Shown: piece after piece, positions 1 through 10,088 of the stretch | Position numbering within the stretch: position 1 is the first letter of the stretch | Layout: each line of letters starts with the position of its first letter | The notes under the pieces: model-generated | Told to the model about the DNA's origin: nothing | What the model saw: only the letters and a program-made list of their open reading frames with translations | The model's database searches: none | Source: an uncultured Actinomycetes bacterium | GTDB lineage: Bacteria; Actinomycetota; UBA4738; HRBIN12 | Length of the DNA: 64,000 bases | Direction of reading: 5' to 3' | Assembly (NCBI GenBank): GCA_963780015.1 | Contig: CAWAAO010000013.1 | Location: 23,644-87,643 of the forward strand | Program-made: the position numbers and the translations under genes

Positions 1-93
1 GGACCGGCTGGGCAGCCAGCCAGTCCCGGCAGCGGCGACAGAACGCGCACTGCTCGTCGTACAGGACGGTGAGCTTCGTGCGCTCCATCGGTC

Positions 94-513
94 TCACCAC
101 TCCGTGTCGGTCGGCGCCGGCGGGATGACACCCGTTGCGGTGACCGGCGTCGGCAGGTCGCGACGCTCGCGGTGCACGCGGATCCGCCAGAACACGAAGA
201 CGTTCACGAAGTGGATGGCGGCCAGGCTGACCAGCAGCACCGCCAGCCGGTTGACCAGGAACTGCGCCGCTTCGAGTCCGTCCATCCCGTCGGTCGCCCG
301 CAGGATGTACAGCCCGTACCCCAGGCTCAACATGTAGAAGCCGACCACCAGGAGGTGGTTGACCGCCTCGGCAAGCCCGGGAGACCCGGTGAAGACGTCC
401 TCCAGGAAGACCGTGCCGTTGCGGAACAGGGTGCGCGCGAGCCAGATCGTGAGACCCACAGCGACTGCGACGTAGATGGTGTAGACCAGGACCACGTTCC
501 CTTCGCTACTCAT
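94..513 (-). CDS. hypothetical small membrane protein (139 aa, several hydrophobic helices)
   Basis: ORF 94..555; internal ATG at 513 begins MSSEGNVVLVYTIYVAVAVGLTIWLA; hydrophobic composition; no recognisable family. Confidence 0.45.
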   Translation of the reverse strand: MSSEGNVVLVYTIYVAVAVGLTIWLARTLFRNGTVFLEDVFTGSPGLAEAVNHLLVVGFYMLSLGYGLYILRATDGMDGLEAAQFLVNRLAVLLVSLAAIHFVNVFVFWRIRVHRERRDLPTPVTATGVIPPAPTDTEW

Positions 514-567
514 GACTCTCTCCTTCTTGAGCAGATGCTCAAAGCATACGCTCAAGACCTAGAGAGG

Positions 568-981
568 TCAACCCGACGAGAGCTGGATCAGGCCCGCGTT
601 CGTGGGGGTGAACCCGCACTCCTCGAAGTAGAAGGCGCGCAGATGGTCCTCGAAGTCGACGTGGAGCCACTCGCAGCCGGCGTTGCGCGCCTCGGTCACG
701 GCGATCGCGACCAGTTCGGTCCCGATGCCGCGCCGACGCGCATGCATCGCGACCATCGTGTCGAGCACGAACGCGTGCACGACGCCGTCCCACGCGACGT
801 TGACGAAGCCGACGAGATCCGCGCCGTCCCGCGCACACACCCAGCCGAGGCTGTGGTCCTGCACCTGCGCCCGCCAATCCCATCCGTCACTGTCGAACAC
901 GGGATGATCGAAGGCCTCGGCGTGCAGGGCGTTGACCTCCTCGTTCTCGAAGTCGCCGCGCCAGGTGTAGATGACCGTCAT
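568..981 (-). CDS. GNAT family N-acetyltransferase
   Basis: 137-aa product MTVIYTWRGDFENEE...RRRGIGTELV...CGF has GNAT acetyl-CoA fold signatures; start overlaps upstream HIT stop (ATGA). Confidence 0.75.
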   Translation of the reverse strand: MTVIYTWRGDFENEEVNALHAEAFDHPVFDSDGWDWRAQVQDHSLGWVCARDGADLVGFVNVAWDGVVHAFVLDTMVAMHARRRGIGTELVAIAVTEARNAGCEWLHVDFEDHLRAFYFEECGFTPTNAGLIQLSSG

Positions 982-1442
982 GTCGCGAGCGCCGCCCGCA
1001 ACGCGTCGACGTCGCGCTGCAACTCGTCCTCGGGGAACGCCTCGGGCTCGACCTCCGGGAACGGGAACGGCCATCCGGGCTTCGGATCGTCCGCGTAGCG
1101 CGGCACCACGTGCGTGTGCAGATGCGGCAGCGAGTTCCCGAGCAGGTTGTAGTTCATCTTGACGGGCTGCATGACCTGCTCGATCGCCCGCCCGACCGTG
1201 AAGACCTCCCGCATGTACGTCGCGGCCTCCTCGTCGGTGAGCTCGCTGGGCTCGGCGACGTGCCGCCCACGCCAGACCACGACCGAGAGTCCGCGCTGGA
1301 TCGACGTCCGCCGCAGATAGGCGTCCGCGACCTCGCCGGCGAAGAAGCGGATGCCGTGCGGGGTCGCGTCGGGTCGCCCCTCCGCGCACATCGGGCAGCC
1401 GACGCCTCGACGCATCTCGTAGAACTCCTCCGGCCACTCCAT
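978..1442 (-). CDS. HIT (histidine triad) family hydrolase with N-terminal CPMC zinc motif
   Basis: LPHLHTHVVPR = HxHxHxx triad; 154 aa from MEWPEEFYEM. Confidence 0.75.
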   Translation of the reverse strand: MEWPEEFYEMRRGVGCPMCAEGRPDATPHGIRFFAGEVADAYLRRTSIQRGLSVVVWRGRHVAEPSELTDEEAATYMREVFTVGRAIEQVMQPVKMNYNLLGNSLPHLHTHVVPRYADDPKPGWPFPFPEVEPEAFPEDELQRDVDALRAALAT

Positions 1443-1477
1443 GGCTCGCGAGCCTACTCCCGCCCTACGATGTCGCG

Positions 1478-2062
1478 ATGAGTGAGACACCGGAAGAGCT
1501 GCACGCCCGCGCCGTCGACGCACTCCGCATGCCGCCCGTCGAGGAGTGGGAGGAGTTTCCGTTCGACGGCGAGATGCGGCCGCGCGCGCTCCTGCCGCCG
1601 GTCGATGCCGAGGAGCCGCGCAACGGGGAGGGTGGCGTCGACTGCTGGAGCTGCGCGCAGCCCGACGAGGCATACATCTGGACGAACGAACGCTGGCGCC
1701 TGCTGCCCGCGAAGCCGAACGGGCTGCCCGTCGTCGTGCTGCTCGAGACGCGCGAGCACTTCGCCGACCCCGGCGACCTGCCCGATGCGCTCGCCGCGGA
1801 CCTCGGCGTGATGATCGCGCGCGTCGAACGGGCGGTCCGGGCCTCGGGCGAGATCGGCCGGGTCCACGTCTGTCGCTGGGGCGACGGCAGCGAGCATCTG
1901 CACTGGTGGTTCATGGCGCGACCGGCGAGGATCCCCCAGCTGATCGGCAGCTTCGCGGCGATCTGGGACGACATCCTGCCGCCGACGCCCGACGACGTCT
2001 GGCAGGCCAACCTCGACCGGGTGGCGGCTGCCCTGAGCGACATGCCGCCGGCTCATATCTGA
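1478..2062 (+). CDS. HIT-superfamily-like protein (CWSC zinc motif, degenerate HLHWWF triad)
   Basis: 194-aa ORF divergent from the HIT gene; similar N-terminal CxxC plus His-rich motif architecture. Confidence 0.55.
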   Translation: MSETPEELHARAVDALRMPPVEEWEEFPFDGEMRPRALLPPVDAEEPRNGEGGVDCWSCAQPDEAYIWTNERWRLLPAKPNGLPVVVLLETREHFADPGDLPDALAADLGVMIARVERAVRASGEIGRVHVCRWGDGSEHLHWWFMARPARIPQLIGSFAAIWDDILPPTPDDVWQANLDRVAAALSDMPPAHI

Positions 2063-2424
2063 CCGATCCATTCGAGCGGGAACGGCGGCTGCGCGAGCGG
2101 CAGCACCGCGATCCGAAGCAGCATCAACGGGTTGTCGTCACCCGCCGTCCTGTTCAGATGGACGTCGTCGCAGCCCGTGCAGCGATGCACGAGCACCCAC
2201 TCGCCGCCACCGCGGACGGTGATGCCGATCGGCTCCATCTGCGAGCCGCAGTCGGCGTCGCGGTCGCCGGGTGTGTCGTCGTCGACATGACGACTCCACA
2301 GACAGGTCGGGCAGTGATTCCTATGTGCGGTTCCAGGTGCGTCGTCGGACACGTCGAGTCGACAGTGCACGCACCGGAACGAGCCGGTTCGTCGTCGATC
2401 GCCGCGGCGTCGATGATCGGACAT
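2053..2424 (-). CDS. RNHCP domain-containing zinc-binding protein
   Basis: RNHCPTC motif and many Cys/His (CVHC, CTGC); 10-bp convergent overlap with 1478..2062. Confidence 0.65.
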   Translation of the reverse strand: MSDHRRRGDRRRTGSFRCVHCRLDVSDDAPGTAHRNHCPTCLWSRHVDDDTPGDRDADCGSQMEPIGITVRGGGEWVLVHRCTGCDDVHLNRTAGDDNPLMLLRIAVLPLAQPPFPLEWIGQI

Positions 2425-2430
2425 GGGTCA

Positions 2431-2477
2431 TGACCTCCACGTAGGCGCGAGAAACCAAAGGGCGCCCCTGGAGGTCA
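2431..2477. promoter_or_regulatory. inverted repeat TGACCTCCA-n29-TGGAGGTCA abutting the RNHCP start codon
   Basis: 9-bp perfect arms seen directly in sequence, 7 nt beyond the RNHCP gene ATG; candidate operator or leader hairpin. Confidence 0.3.
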
Positions 2478-2720
2478 GCGGGAATCAGACGTTGCAGAAC
2501 CGACCGACGCCAGGAGGCGCCGAACAGACTTCCGTGGCAGTCATCAGTCGCCTCCTTCCTGTGCGGGTCGGGCCGCTCACGAGGAGCGGCGTCGTCGGAC
2601 CGTAGCATCACGTCGGAGCAGACTCAAGCCGCCGCTCCTCTCGGAACCTCCCTCTCCTCTTCACAAGTGGTTCACATCTCGCCGCCAACGTGGGGTCAGA
2701 CGCGAGACAAGGAGGCAGAC

Positions 2721-3113
2721 ATGCGTCGAGGCATAGCAGTGGTGGCCCTGCTGGTGGTGATCCTCATGGGGATCGGCATCGGCGTGGCGGCGTACCAGGC
2801 GGGAGAGCGCAACGGGATCGCGCAGGGCATCGAACAGGTGCAGGTCGCGCAGACCAACGGGCAGGAGGTCCAGGTCGTCCATGTCGTGGATCAGGGCCAC
2901 CCGTTCTTCTTCCCCGGGTTCTTCCTGTTCCCGTTGTTCCTGTTCGGCACCTTCTTCCTCATCGGAGCGATCTTCAAGGGCGCGGGGCGATGGGGTGGCC
3001 CCCATCACGGCGGAGGCCCGTGGAACGAAGACGGGCGCCGCAAGTTCGAGGAACGCGCGCGCGAGTGGCACCAACACGAGCACGGCGAGACGCCGGCGGC
3101 GCCGGCCGGCTGA
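2721..3113 (+). CDS. small Phe-rich two-pass membrane protein upstream of a two-component system
   Basis: ATG 2721 preceded by AAGGAGG; MRRGIAVVALLVVILMGIGIGVAAY... PFFFPGFFLFPLFLFGTFFLIGAIF ... HHGGGPWNEDG; 130 aa. Confidence 0.5.
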   Translation: MRRGIAVVALLVVILMGIGIGVAAYQAGERNGIAQGIEQVQVAQTNGQEVQVVHVVDQGHPFFFPGFFLFPLFLFGTFFLIGAIFKGAGRWGGPHHGGGPWNEDGRRKFEERAREWHQHEHGETPAAPAG

Positions 3114-3120
3114 GCAGGCG

Positions 3121-3149
3121 GGGGCGGAGGCAGCGTTTGCCTCCGCCCC
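3121..3149 (+). terminator. GC-rich hairpin GGGGCGGAGGCA-gcgtt-TGCCTCCGCCCC after the small membrane protein gene
   Basis: perfect 12-bp stem 8 nt after the stop; no clear U-tract, so termination may be partial. Confidence 0.45.
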
Positions 3150-3175
3150 TTCCGCGCGAGAGGCTCCCAACCGAC

Positions 3176-3853
3176 ATGGCACGGATCCTGGTGGTCGAGG
3201 ACGAGATGCAGATCGCGCGCAACCTGCGCGACTACCTCGAGGTCGCCGGGTTCGAGGTCACGGTCGTGGGCGACGGCGGCGCGGCGCTCGCCAGCGCGCG
3301 AGGCGAACGGCCCGATCTGGTGGTGCTCGATCTCGGGCTGCCCGGGATCGACGGGCTGGACGTCGCCCGAGAGCTGCGGCGTTCCACCAACGTGCCGATC
3401 GTGATGCTCACGGCTCGCGGCGAGGAGACCGACCGGGTCGTCGGGCTGGAGATCGGCGCCGACGACTACCTGGTCAAGCCGTTCAGCCCCAAGGAGCTGG
3501 TCGCGCGCGTGCGGGCCGTCCTTCGGCGGACGTCGCGGGCCGGCGCGGCGGAGGTGCTGCGAGCGGCAGACGTCGAGGTCGACCTGTCCAAGATGCGAGC
3601 TCGCGTGGACGGTCACAACGTGGAGCTGACGCCCACCGAGTTCCAGCTGTTGGCGACGTTCGTCCGGGAGCCGGGGCGGGTGTTCACGCGGGGTCAGCTG
3701 CAGGACGCGCTGCACGGCGACACGCTCGAGTCCTACGAGCGCGCGATCGACGCACACGTGAAGAACCTGCGTCGCAAGATCGAGCCGGAGCCCGGCCGGC
3801 CTCGATACGTGCTCACGGTGCACGGCGTCGGCTACCGGTTCGCCGATGACTGA
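3176..3853 (+). CDS. OmpR/PhoB-family response regulator
   Basis: 225 aa MARILVVEDEMQIARNL...DLVVLDLGLPGIDG...winged-helix C-terminus; stop overlaps HK start (ATGA). Confidence 0.9.
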   Translation: MARILVVEDEMQIARNLRDYLEVAGFEVTVVGDGGAALASARGERPDLVVLDLGLPGIDGLDVARELRRSTNVPIVMLTARGEETDRVVGLEIGADDYLVKPFSPKELVARVRAVLRRTSRAGAAEVLRAADVEVDLSKMRARVDGHNVELTPTEFQLLATFVREPGRVFTRGQLQDALHGDTLESYERAIDAHVKNLRRKIEPEPGRPRYVLTVHGVGYRFADD

Positions 3854-4925
3854 GCCGCACGAGCATCGCGGACCGCCGTGGGGCGGGGGTCCACCGCCGT
3901 GGTCGAACGGCCCCCGGCCTTGGGGAGGCGGGGGCTTCGGGCCGGGGCGGCGGTTCCGTCGCGGCGCCCTCGCGGTCCTGACCGTGCTGGTGCTGCTGAT
4001 CGCGGCCCTCTCGTGGCTGGTGGCCTCGCTCGTTGCCGGGAACGCGCCGCACCTCTGGGTCTTCGTCGTCGTCACGACGGTCGTGCTCGTCGGTCTCGCT
4101 GCCGTCGCGCGTTGGTTGTGGCGCTACACCCGCGCGGTCGGTGGACTCATGGATGCGGCCGATCGTGTCGCGGCGGGCGACTACGAAGCGCGGATCGACG
4201 TGTCGTCCTCCGGACAGCTGCGCCGACTGGGCACGGCCTTCAACGAGATGACCGAGCGACTGGAGACGAACGAACGCCGGCGGCGGGAGCTGCTTGCCGA
4301 CATGGCCCACGAGTTGCGCACGCCGCTGCAGGTGATCCGCGGCTCCGTCGAGGGCATGCTCGACGGGCTGTACGGGGCCGATCCCGAGCGCCTTCGGGCG
4401 ATGCTCGACGAGACCGCGCTCATGGCCCGGCTGTTGGACGACCTCCGGACCCTGTCGATGGCGGAGGAAGGCGTCCTGCCGCTGCATCGCGAGCCGGTGG
4501 ACATGCGCATCCTCGCCGAGGACGCGATCCGTTCGCTCGAGCAGACGGCGAACGACAAGACGGTGACGCTCGTGCTCGAGGCGTCGGACCCCGCGCCGTT
4601 GGACGCCGACCCCGTCCGCCTGGCCGAGGTGCTGCAGAACCTGTTGTCGAACGCGATCCGGCACACACCGCCGGGAGGTCGCGTCCTCGTGCGCGTGTCC
4701 GCGACGAAGGCCGGCGTGCGCACCGAGGTCCGCGACACCGGCCCGGGCATCGACGCCGAGCTGCTCCCGCATGTCTTCGACCGCTTCGTGCGATCCGCCG
4801 ACACCGGCGGCACGGGCCTCGGTCTGGCGATCGCCAAACGCCTGGTGGAGGCGCACGGCGGCACGATCGAGGCCACGCAGCCCGCCGACGGCGGCACGAG
4901 CATCGCCTTCACGATCCCCGGCTGA
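3846..4925 (+). CDS. sensor histidine kinase (2 TM, HAMP, HisKA, HATPase_c)
   Basis: MAHELRTPLQVIRG H-box, N/G1/G2 boxes (GTGLGLAIAKRLVEAHGG); 359 aa. Confidence 0.9.
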   Translation: MTEPHEHRGPPWGGGPPPWSNGPRPWGGGGFGPGRRFRRGALAVLTVLVLLIAALSWLVASLVAGNAPHLWVFVVVTTVVLVGLAAVARWLWRYTRAVGGLMDAADRVAAGDYEARIDVSSSGQLRRLGTAFNEMTERLETNERRRRELLADMAHELRTPLQVIRGSVEGMLDGLYGADPERLRAMLDETALMARLLDDLRTLSMAEEGVLPLHREPVDMRILAEDAIRSLEQTANDKTVTLVLEASDPAPLDADPVRLAEVLQNLLSNAIRHTPPGGRVLVRVSATKAGVRTEVRDTGPGIDAELLPHVFDRFVRSADTGGTGLGLAIAKRLVEAHGGTIEATQPADGGTSIAFTIPG

Positions 4926-4943
4926 CGCGAACCGCGAGAGGGG

Positions 4944-5000
4944 TTGACACGCGTTCCCGGAGTGATGTATAACCTTCTTGTTCTAGAAAGTAGAGGTTAT
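4944..5000 (+). promoter_or_regulatory. sigma70-like promoter (TTGACA-18nt-TATAAC) overlapping an ArsR-type operator palindrome ATAACCT..TTCTAGAA..AGGTTAT
   Basis: hexamers at 4944-4949 and 4968-4973; imperfect 32-bp dyad 4969-5000 ends 2 nt before arsR ATG. Confidence 0.45.
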
Positions 5001-5002
5001 CG

Positions 5003-5356
5003 ATGGCAACGAACCAGTTGGACGCGGTGTTCGGAGCGCTCGCCGATCCCACCCGGCGCGCCCTCCTGACACGCCTGACCAGGGGCGATGCGTCCGTGGG
5101 GGAGCTCGCCGCCCCCTTCACCGTGTCCCAGCCGGCCATCTCGCGACACCTCAAGGTGCTCGAGCGCGCGGGGCTGATCACCCGCACCCGGCAGGCGACC
5201 GCCCGCCTCAGCCACCTCAGGGCCGAACCCCTGCGCGAGGCCACCGCATGGCTCGCGGACTATCGGGAATATTGGGAAGAGAGCTACGAACGGCTCGACG
5301 AGCTGCTCGAGGCGCTCAAGGAAACCGACGCCGACCCAGAAGGGAGCACGTCATGA
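5003..5356 (+). CDS. ArsR/SmtB family transcriptional regulator
   Basis: ALADPTRRALLTRL...VSQPAISRHLKVLERAGLI wHTH. Confidence 0.85.
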   Translation: MATNQLDAVFGALADPTRRALLTRLTRGDASVGELAAPFTVSQPAISRHLKVLERAGLITRTRQATARLSHLRAEPLREATAWLADYREYWEESYERLDELLEALKETDADPEGSTS

Positions 5357-5835
5357 CCGAACTACAGATCACCGCGGAGCCGGGGGTGCCACAGGTCTTC
5401 ACGACCCGCACGTTCGCCGCACCACGCGATCTCGTCTTCCGCGCGTTCACCGAGCCCGACCTGCTCGTGCAGTGGCTCGGGCCACGGAAGTACACGATGA
5501 CGATCGACCGCTACGACCTGCGTGACGGCGGCTCGTATCGCTACATCCACGCCGACGACGCCGGCAACGCCTACGCGTTCCACGGGGTCTTCCACGGCGA
5601 GCCCTCCCCCGACGGCATGGTCCAGACCTTCGAGTTCGAGGGCGCGCCCGGCAACGTCTCGTTGGACACGCTGACGCTCGAGGAGCACGACGGGAAGACC
5701 ACCGTGCGCTCCAACTCCGTGTACCAATCCGTCGAAGCGCGCGACGCCATGGTCCAAAGCGGCATGGCCGAGGGCATGAACGACGGCTACGACCGCCTCG
5801 ACGACCTGCTCGCGAAGCTCGTCGCCAACAGCTAA
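5353..5835 (+). CDS. SRPBCC (AHSA1/Activator of Hsp90 ATPase-like) family protein
   Basis: 160 aa, ATGA-coupled to arsR; typical ArsR-AHSA1 bicistron. Confidence 0.8.
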   Translation: MTELQITAEPGVPQVFTTRTFAAPRDLVFRAFTEPDLLVQWLGPRKYTMTIDRYDLRDGGSYRYIHADDAGNAYAFHGVFHGEPSPDGMVQTFEFEGAPGNVSLDTLTLEEHDGKTTVRSNSVYQSVEARDAMVQSGMAEGMNDGYDRLDDLLAKLVANS

Positions 5836-5857
5836 CGACCAGGAAAGGAGCATCGTC

Positions 5858-6331
5858 ATGCAGAGGATCACACCGTGCCTGTGGTTCGACACCCAGGCAG
5901 AAGAGGCCGCGAACTTCTACGTCTCGCTGTTCGAGGACTCGGCCGTCACGAACGTGCAGCGCCTCGATGGCACGCCGAGCGGCGACAACGTCGCGCTGGT
6001 GTTCTTCCAGCTCGCGGGGCAGGACTACACGGCCATCAACGGCGGACCGCAGTTCCCGTTCACCGAGGCCGTCTCGTTCAACGTGAGCTGCAAGGACCAG
6101 GACGAGGTCGACCGGCTCTGGTCGCAGCTCACCGCCGATGGCGGCGAGGAAGGACAGTGCGGCTGGCTCAAGGACCGGTTCGGTCTGAGCTGGCAGGTCA
6201 TCCCCGAGCGGATGGGCGAGCTCCTGAGCGACCCCGACCCGGGTCGTTCCCAGCGCGCGATGCAGGCGATGCTGCAGATGCAGAAGATCGACATCAAGGT
6301 GCTGGAGGACGCGGCCAACGCCGCCGACTAA
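5858..6331 (+). CDS. VOC/glyoxalase superfamily protein (PhnB-like)
   Basis: MQRITPCLWFDTQAEEAANFYVSLF N-terminus typical of PhnB/3-demethylubiquinone methyltransferase-like VOC proteins. Confidence 0.7.
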   Translation: MQRITPCLWFDTQAEEAANFYVSLFEDSAVTNVQRLDGTPSGDNVALVFFQLAGQDYTAINGGPQFPFTEAVSFNVSCKDQDEVDRLWSQLTADGGEEGQCGWLKDRFGLSWQVIPERMGELLSDPDPGRSQRAMQAMLQMQKIDIKVLEDAANAAD

Positions 6332-8262
6332 CGCAGCAGATGGCGGTCGAACCACGCCTGCGTGCGACGGATCGCGTCGAGGGCATGTGCCCGCTCGAGG
6401 GGCACATGCCCTTCGCGCGGGTACACGACCAGCTCGACCTCGGCCCCCGCTTCCGCGATCGCGCGGTACAGCTCCTCGGCCTGACTCACCGGGGTACAGA
6501 GGTCGGCCGCGCCCTGCAGGATCAGCGTCGGCGTCGTGCACCGATGCGCGTGCGTGACCGGTGAGCGATCGACGTACAGGCTCGTCGGGTCGGTCCAGTC
6601 GCCGTCCAGGATCGCCTGGTCGTACCACCAGACCTCCGACGTGAGGTGGTAGGAGACGTAGTTCGCGACCACCGACATCGCGACCGAGGCGGCGAACCGG
6701 TCCGTCTGTCCGACCGCCCACCCGGCCATGTAGCCGCCGTAGGACAGCCCCGCGATGCCGAGCCGATCCGGGTCGCTGATGCCCTGGCGCGACGCAGTGG
6801 TCGACGCCGGCCATGATGTCGCGGAAGTCGACCCCGCCGCCGTCGCCGATCACGGCCTGCGCGAACGCGTGCCCGCGACCCTGACTGCCGCGGGGGTTGG
6901 GCAGCAGGCAGGCGTACCCGGCCGACGCCAGCAGCACCGCGTTGGGCTCCGAGTCGGAGAAGTAGGAGCCCCAGTTCCACGTCGGACCGCCGTGGACGCA
7001 CACGATCGTCGGCAGCGGGCCCTCGGCGCCGCGCGGCGTCATCAACAAGCCCTCGATCTCGACGTCGCCCTCGCCCATCCACCGGATCGTGCGCACGTCG
7101 GGGAACACACGGCCCTCCACGATGTGGTCGTTGTAGGAGGTCACGCGCGACCAGGTCGCGGTCTCGCTGATCGAACCGCGCGAGCTCGGGCGCCCGTCCG
7201 TGCGCCTGATGCGTGGTCCAGACGTCGGCGGCGCCCTCGCCGATCACGCACGCCGGCGTCGTCACCTCGTCGCCGATGAACGCGTCGTCGCGCCAACGCT
7301 CTTCGCGGCGTCCGTCGAGCCAGACCCGGCCGCAGGCGTTGCCGACGCCCTCGGTGCTCGCGTACCAGAGCGAGTCGTCGTCGCACCACGACGCAAGGCC
7401 GACCGTCTGCAGGTCGGGCCACGGATCGGCGGCGGTCGCGGCGGCCAGGTCGAGCACCACGAGGTTGCCGGCGAGCAGCCCGTGATCGCTCGCGTAGCCC
7501 TCGACGACGACCGCCTTCGTCGCATCGGGCGACAGGGCAAGCCCTTCCATCTGCCAGGACGAGTCGTACAGCGTGCGCGAGGATCGGCTGGCCAGATCCA
7601 GCCGGGCCACCTCGGCGTCGTACCAACCCGAGCCCGAGTGGTCGGCGGACACGATGGCCACGACGACGTCGGCACCGTCCCAATCGAACTCCCAGACGCT
7701 GCGATCGTGCGGCCCCACCTCGGAAGCCTCGCCCGACGCGAGGTCGACGAGGAACAACCGGCGTCGCACGTCGCCGGGCGTTCGCACGATCGGGTCGGGG
7801 TCGGGCTCGGCGCCGTTGACGGCCCGGGCGCTCCAATCCAAGCCGTAGGAGAGCGGATCCGCGGCCAGGACGAGCAGTCGCTCACCGTCGCGCGGACCAG
7901 GCGAGGCTCTCGGCCGAACCCCGCAGCGTGGCCGCCAGCACCGGCTCCCCGCCGTCGCCGGGCATCGTGTAGGGAAGCTGGTGCCCCGGCGTGATCCGAT
8001 CGGACAGGAACGCCAGCCGGGTGCCATCGGGAGACCAGACGGGGAGCCGATCGCAGCAGTCGCCGAGGGTCAGCCGTTGCGGCACCGCGTCCGGCTCGGT
8101 CCCGAGCACGTACAGATCGCTCGGCTGGAACGAGCCCACGTCGGCGACGGTGGCGTGCAACGCGAAGGCGAGCCGCGCACCGTCCGGCGACAGGGCGAGC
8201 TCCGCGGGGGTCCGGACATCGAGCAGCAGCTCCGCCGTGGGGACCTCGAGGTCGCGCGCCAT
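6328..8262 (-). pseudogene. S9 family peptidase (prolyl oligopeptidase/acylaminoacyl-peptidase-like; N-terminal beta-propeller plus alpha/beta hydrolase), disrupted by 3 single-nt frameshifts
   Basis: four consecutive ORF fragments (7882..8313, 6522..8027, 5447..7144, 6328..6729) read in order as one ~645-aa S9 peptidase (GGPTWNWG, catalytic GLSYGGYMAGW, C-terminal His region); shifts near 7890, 7145 and 6760. Confidence 0.7.
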
Positions 8263-8366
8263 CCGCGCATCTTGCCACCGCACCGCGCGCCCACGTTTGC
8301 CGGCTGGCCCCAATGATCGCTTCGGTGTTCAATGCCAGCAGGGATCACGGGCGGCAAAGGGGGGCC

Positions 8367-9975
8367 ATGGATCGCGCCGAGGACATCCTGCAACGCGTGC
8401 CGGACGCCAAGGAGTACGAGGCGATGCGCGCGATCGACCCGGCCGAGCGCACGCCGTTCGACCACGCGCGGTTGGCGGAGGCGGCATGGTGGCACGCCGC
8501 CTTCGAGGAGTCGATGTCGGAGCGGCAGCAGGCCTACGCGGGGTTCGCGGCGGCCGGCGACGACCGTCTGGCGGGCCTCCTGGCGGCGCGACTCTGCATC
8601 GAGTTCGCCATGCACGGCGAGCCGGCGGTGGGCGCCGGGTTCCTGGCGCGCGCCCGACGGCATCTTCGGGATCAGCCGGACTGCGTCGAGCGCGGCTTCG
8701 TGACGATGGTCGAGACGAGCATGCTCCAGATGGAAGGGCGCTCGGAGGATGCGCTCACGCACGCCGCAGAGGCGGTCGCGTGCGCCGAGCGCTTCGCGAA
8801 CGACGACCTCCTGGCGATGTCGCTGCACGTCGAGGGTCTGTTGCTGCTCGACATGGGTCGGGTCGCCGACGGGCTCGCGCGCATGGACGAGGCGATGGCC
8901 CTGATCCTGGCCGGCACCATCTCCCCGTACTTCACGGGCATCGTCTATTGCGCGCTTGATCCAAGCGTGCCTCGAGCTGAGCGACATCCGCCGTGCCGGC
9001 GATTGGAGCGACGCGGCCGGGGTGTGGTGCGAGGCGCTTCCGCCCGAGGCCCCGATCGTGGGGTTCTGCCGGGTCAACCGCGCGGAGGTGGCGCGCATCC
9101 GCGGCGCCTGGCCCGAGGCGGAGGCGGCCGCCGCGTTGGCCGCGGAGGAGCTGGCCGCCATCGACCCCGCATCGGCGGGGCTCGCGCAGTATCAGATCGG
9201 CGAGATCCGGCGGCGCCGCGGCGACCTCGCGGGTGCGGCGGTCGCGTACGGCCGGGCCCACGAGCTGGGCGCGGACCCCCAGCCGGGCCTGGCGCTGCTG
9301 CGGTTGGCCCAGGGCGATGCCGAGGTGGCCGCGGCCGCGCTCCGGACGGCCCTCGCGTCCACGCCGACGGGCCCGCGCCGCGCCCGGGTGCTGGCGGCGT
9401 GCGTCGAGGTCGCGTTGGCGACGGGCGACGTCGCGGGCGCGCGCGCGTCGTCCGATGAGCTCGCGGCGATCGCGGACGCGATCGGCACACACGCGATGGA
9501 GGCTGCGGCGGCGGCGGCCGAGGGTGCCGTCCTGCTTGCCGAGGGGGATGCCGAGAACGCCGCCGATCGACTCCGCGTCGCGGTGTCGCTCGGCCAGGAC
9601 GTTCGCACACCCGACGAGACCGCCCGGGCCCGGGCGCGCTACGGCGAGGCGCTCCGCGCCCTCGGTGATGACGAGGGCGCGCGGCTCGCCCTGATCGGGG
9701 CGCTCGCCGCGTTCGAACAGCTCGGCGCGGAGCCCGACGCCGAGACGACGCGCCGCCTGCTCGGGGCTCCCGACACGATCCCCGGCGGCCTGACCGCCCG
9801 GGAGGTCGAGGTCCTGCGGCTCCTCGCCGCCGGCAAGACCAACCGGGACATCGGCGTCGAGCTCGTGATCAGCGAGCACACCGTCGCCCGGCACATCCAG
9901 AACATCTACGCGAAGGTCGGGGTGTCCTCCCGCGCAGCGGCCACCGCGTTCGCGTTCGCGCACGACCTCGCCTGA
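8367..9975 (+). pseudogene. LuxR-family transcriptional regulator with N-terminal TPR-like region, one frameshift (~8955)
   Basis: C-terminal GLTAREVEVLRLLAAGKTNRDIGVELVISEHTVARHIQNIYAKVGV HTH; N-terminal helical repeats; ORFs 8313..9458 and 8956..9975 join across CAL-IQACLE. Confidence 0.65.
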
Positions 9976-9981
9976 ACCGGC

Positions 9982-9999
9982 ATGGTGCGTTCGCACCAT
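9982..9999 (+). terminator. short hairpin ATGGTGC-n-GCACCAT just after LuxR stop
   Basis: seen in sequence 7 nt after TGA at 9973-9975; weak, no U-tract. Confidence 0.3.
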
Positions 10000-10088
10000 C
10001 CGGGCGTCGCCCCAGATTGGTGGGATCGGGCGATGTGCCGCGCCCGGCGCCGACCTAGGTTCCTCGCATCGGACGGAAGGGGATCGAG

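Noticed and set aside
8262-8367. Overlapping divergent start codons at 8311-8315 (TTG/ATG) for the S9 peptidase and LuxR ORFs
   Set aside because: More plausible internal starts (ATG 8262 MARDLEV; ATG 8367 MDRAEDIL) leave a normal ~100-bp divergent promoter region. The overlap is an artefact of longest-ORF calling.
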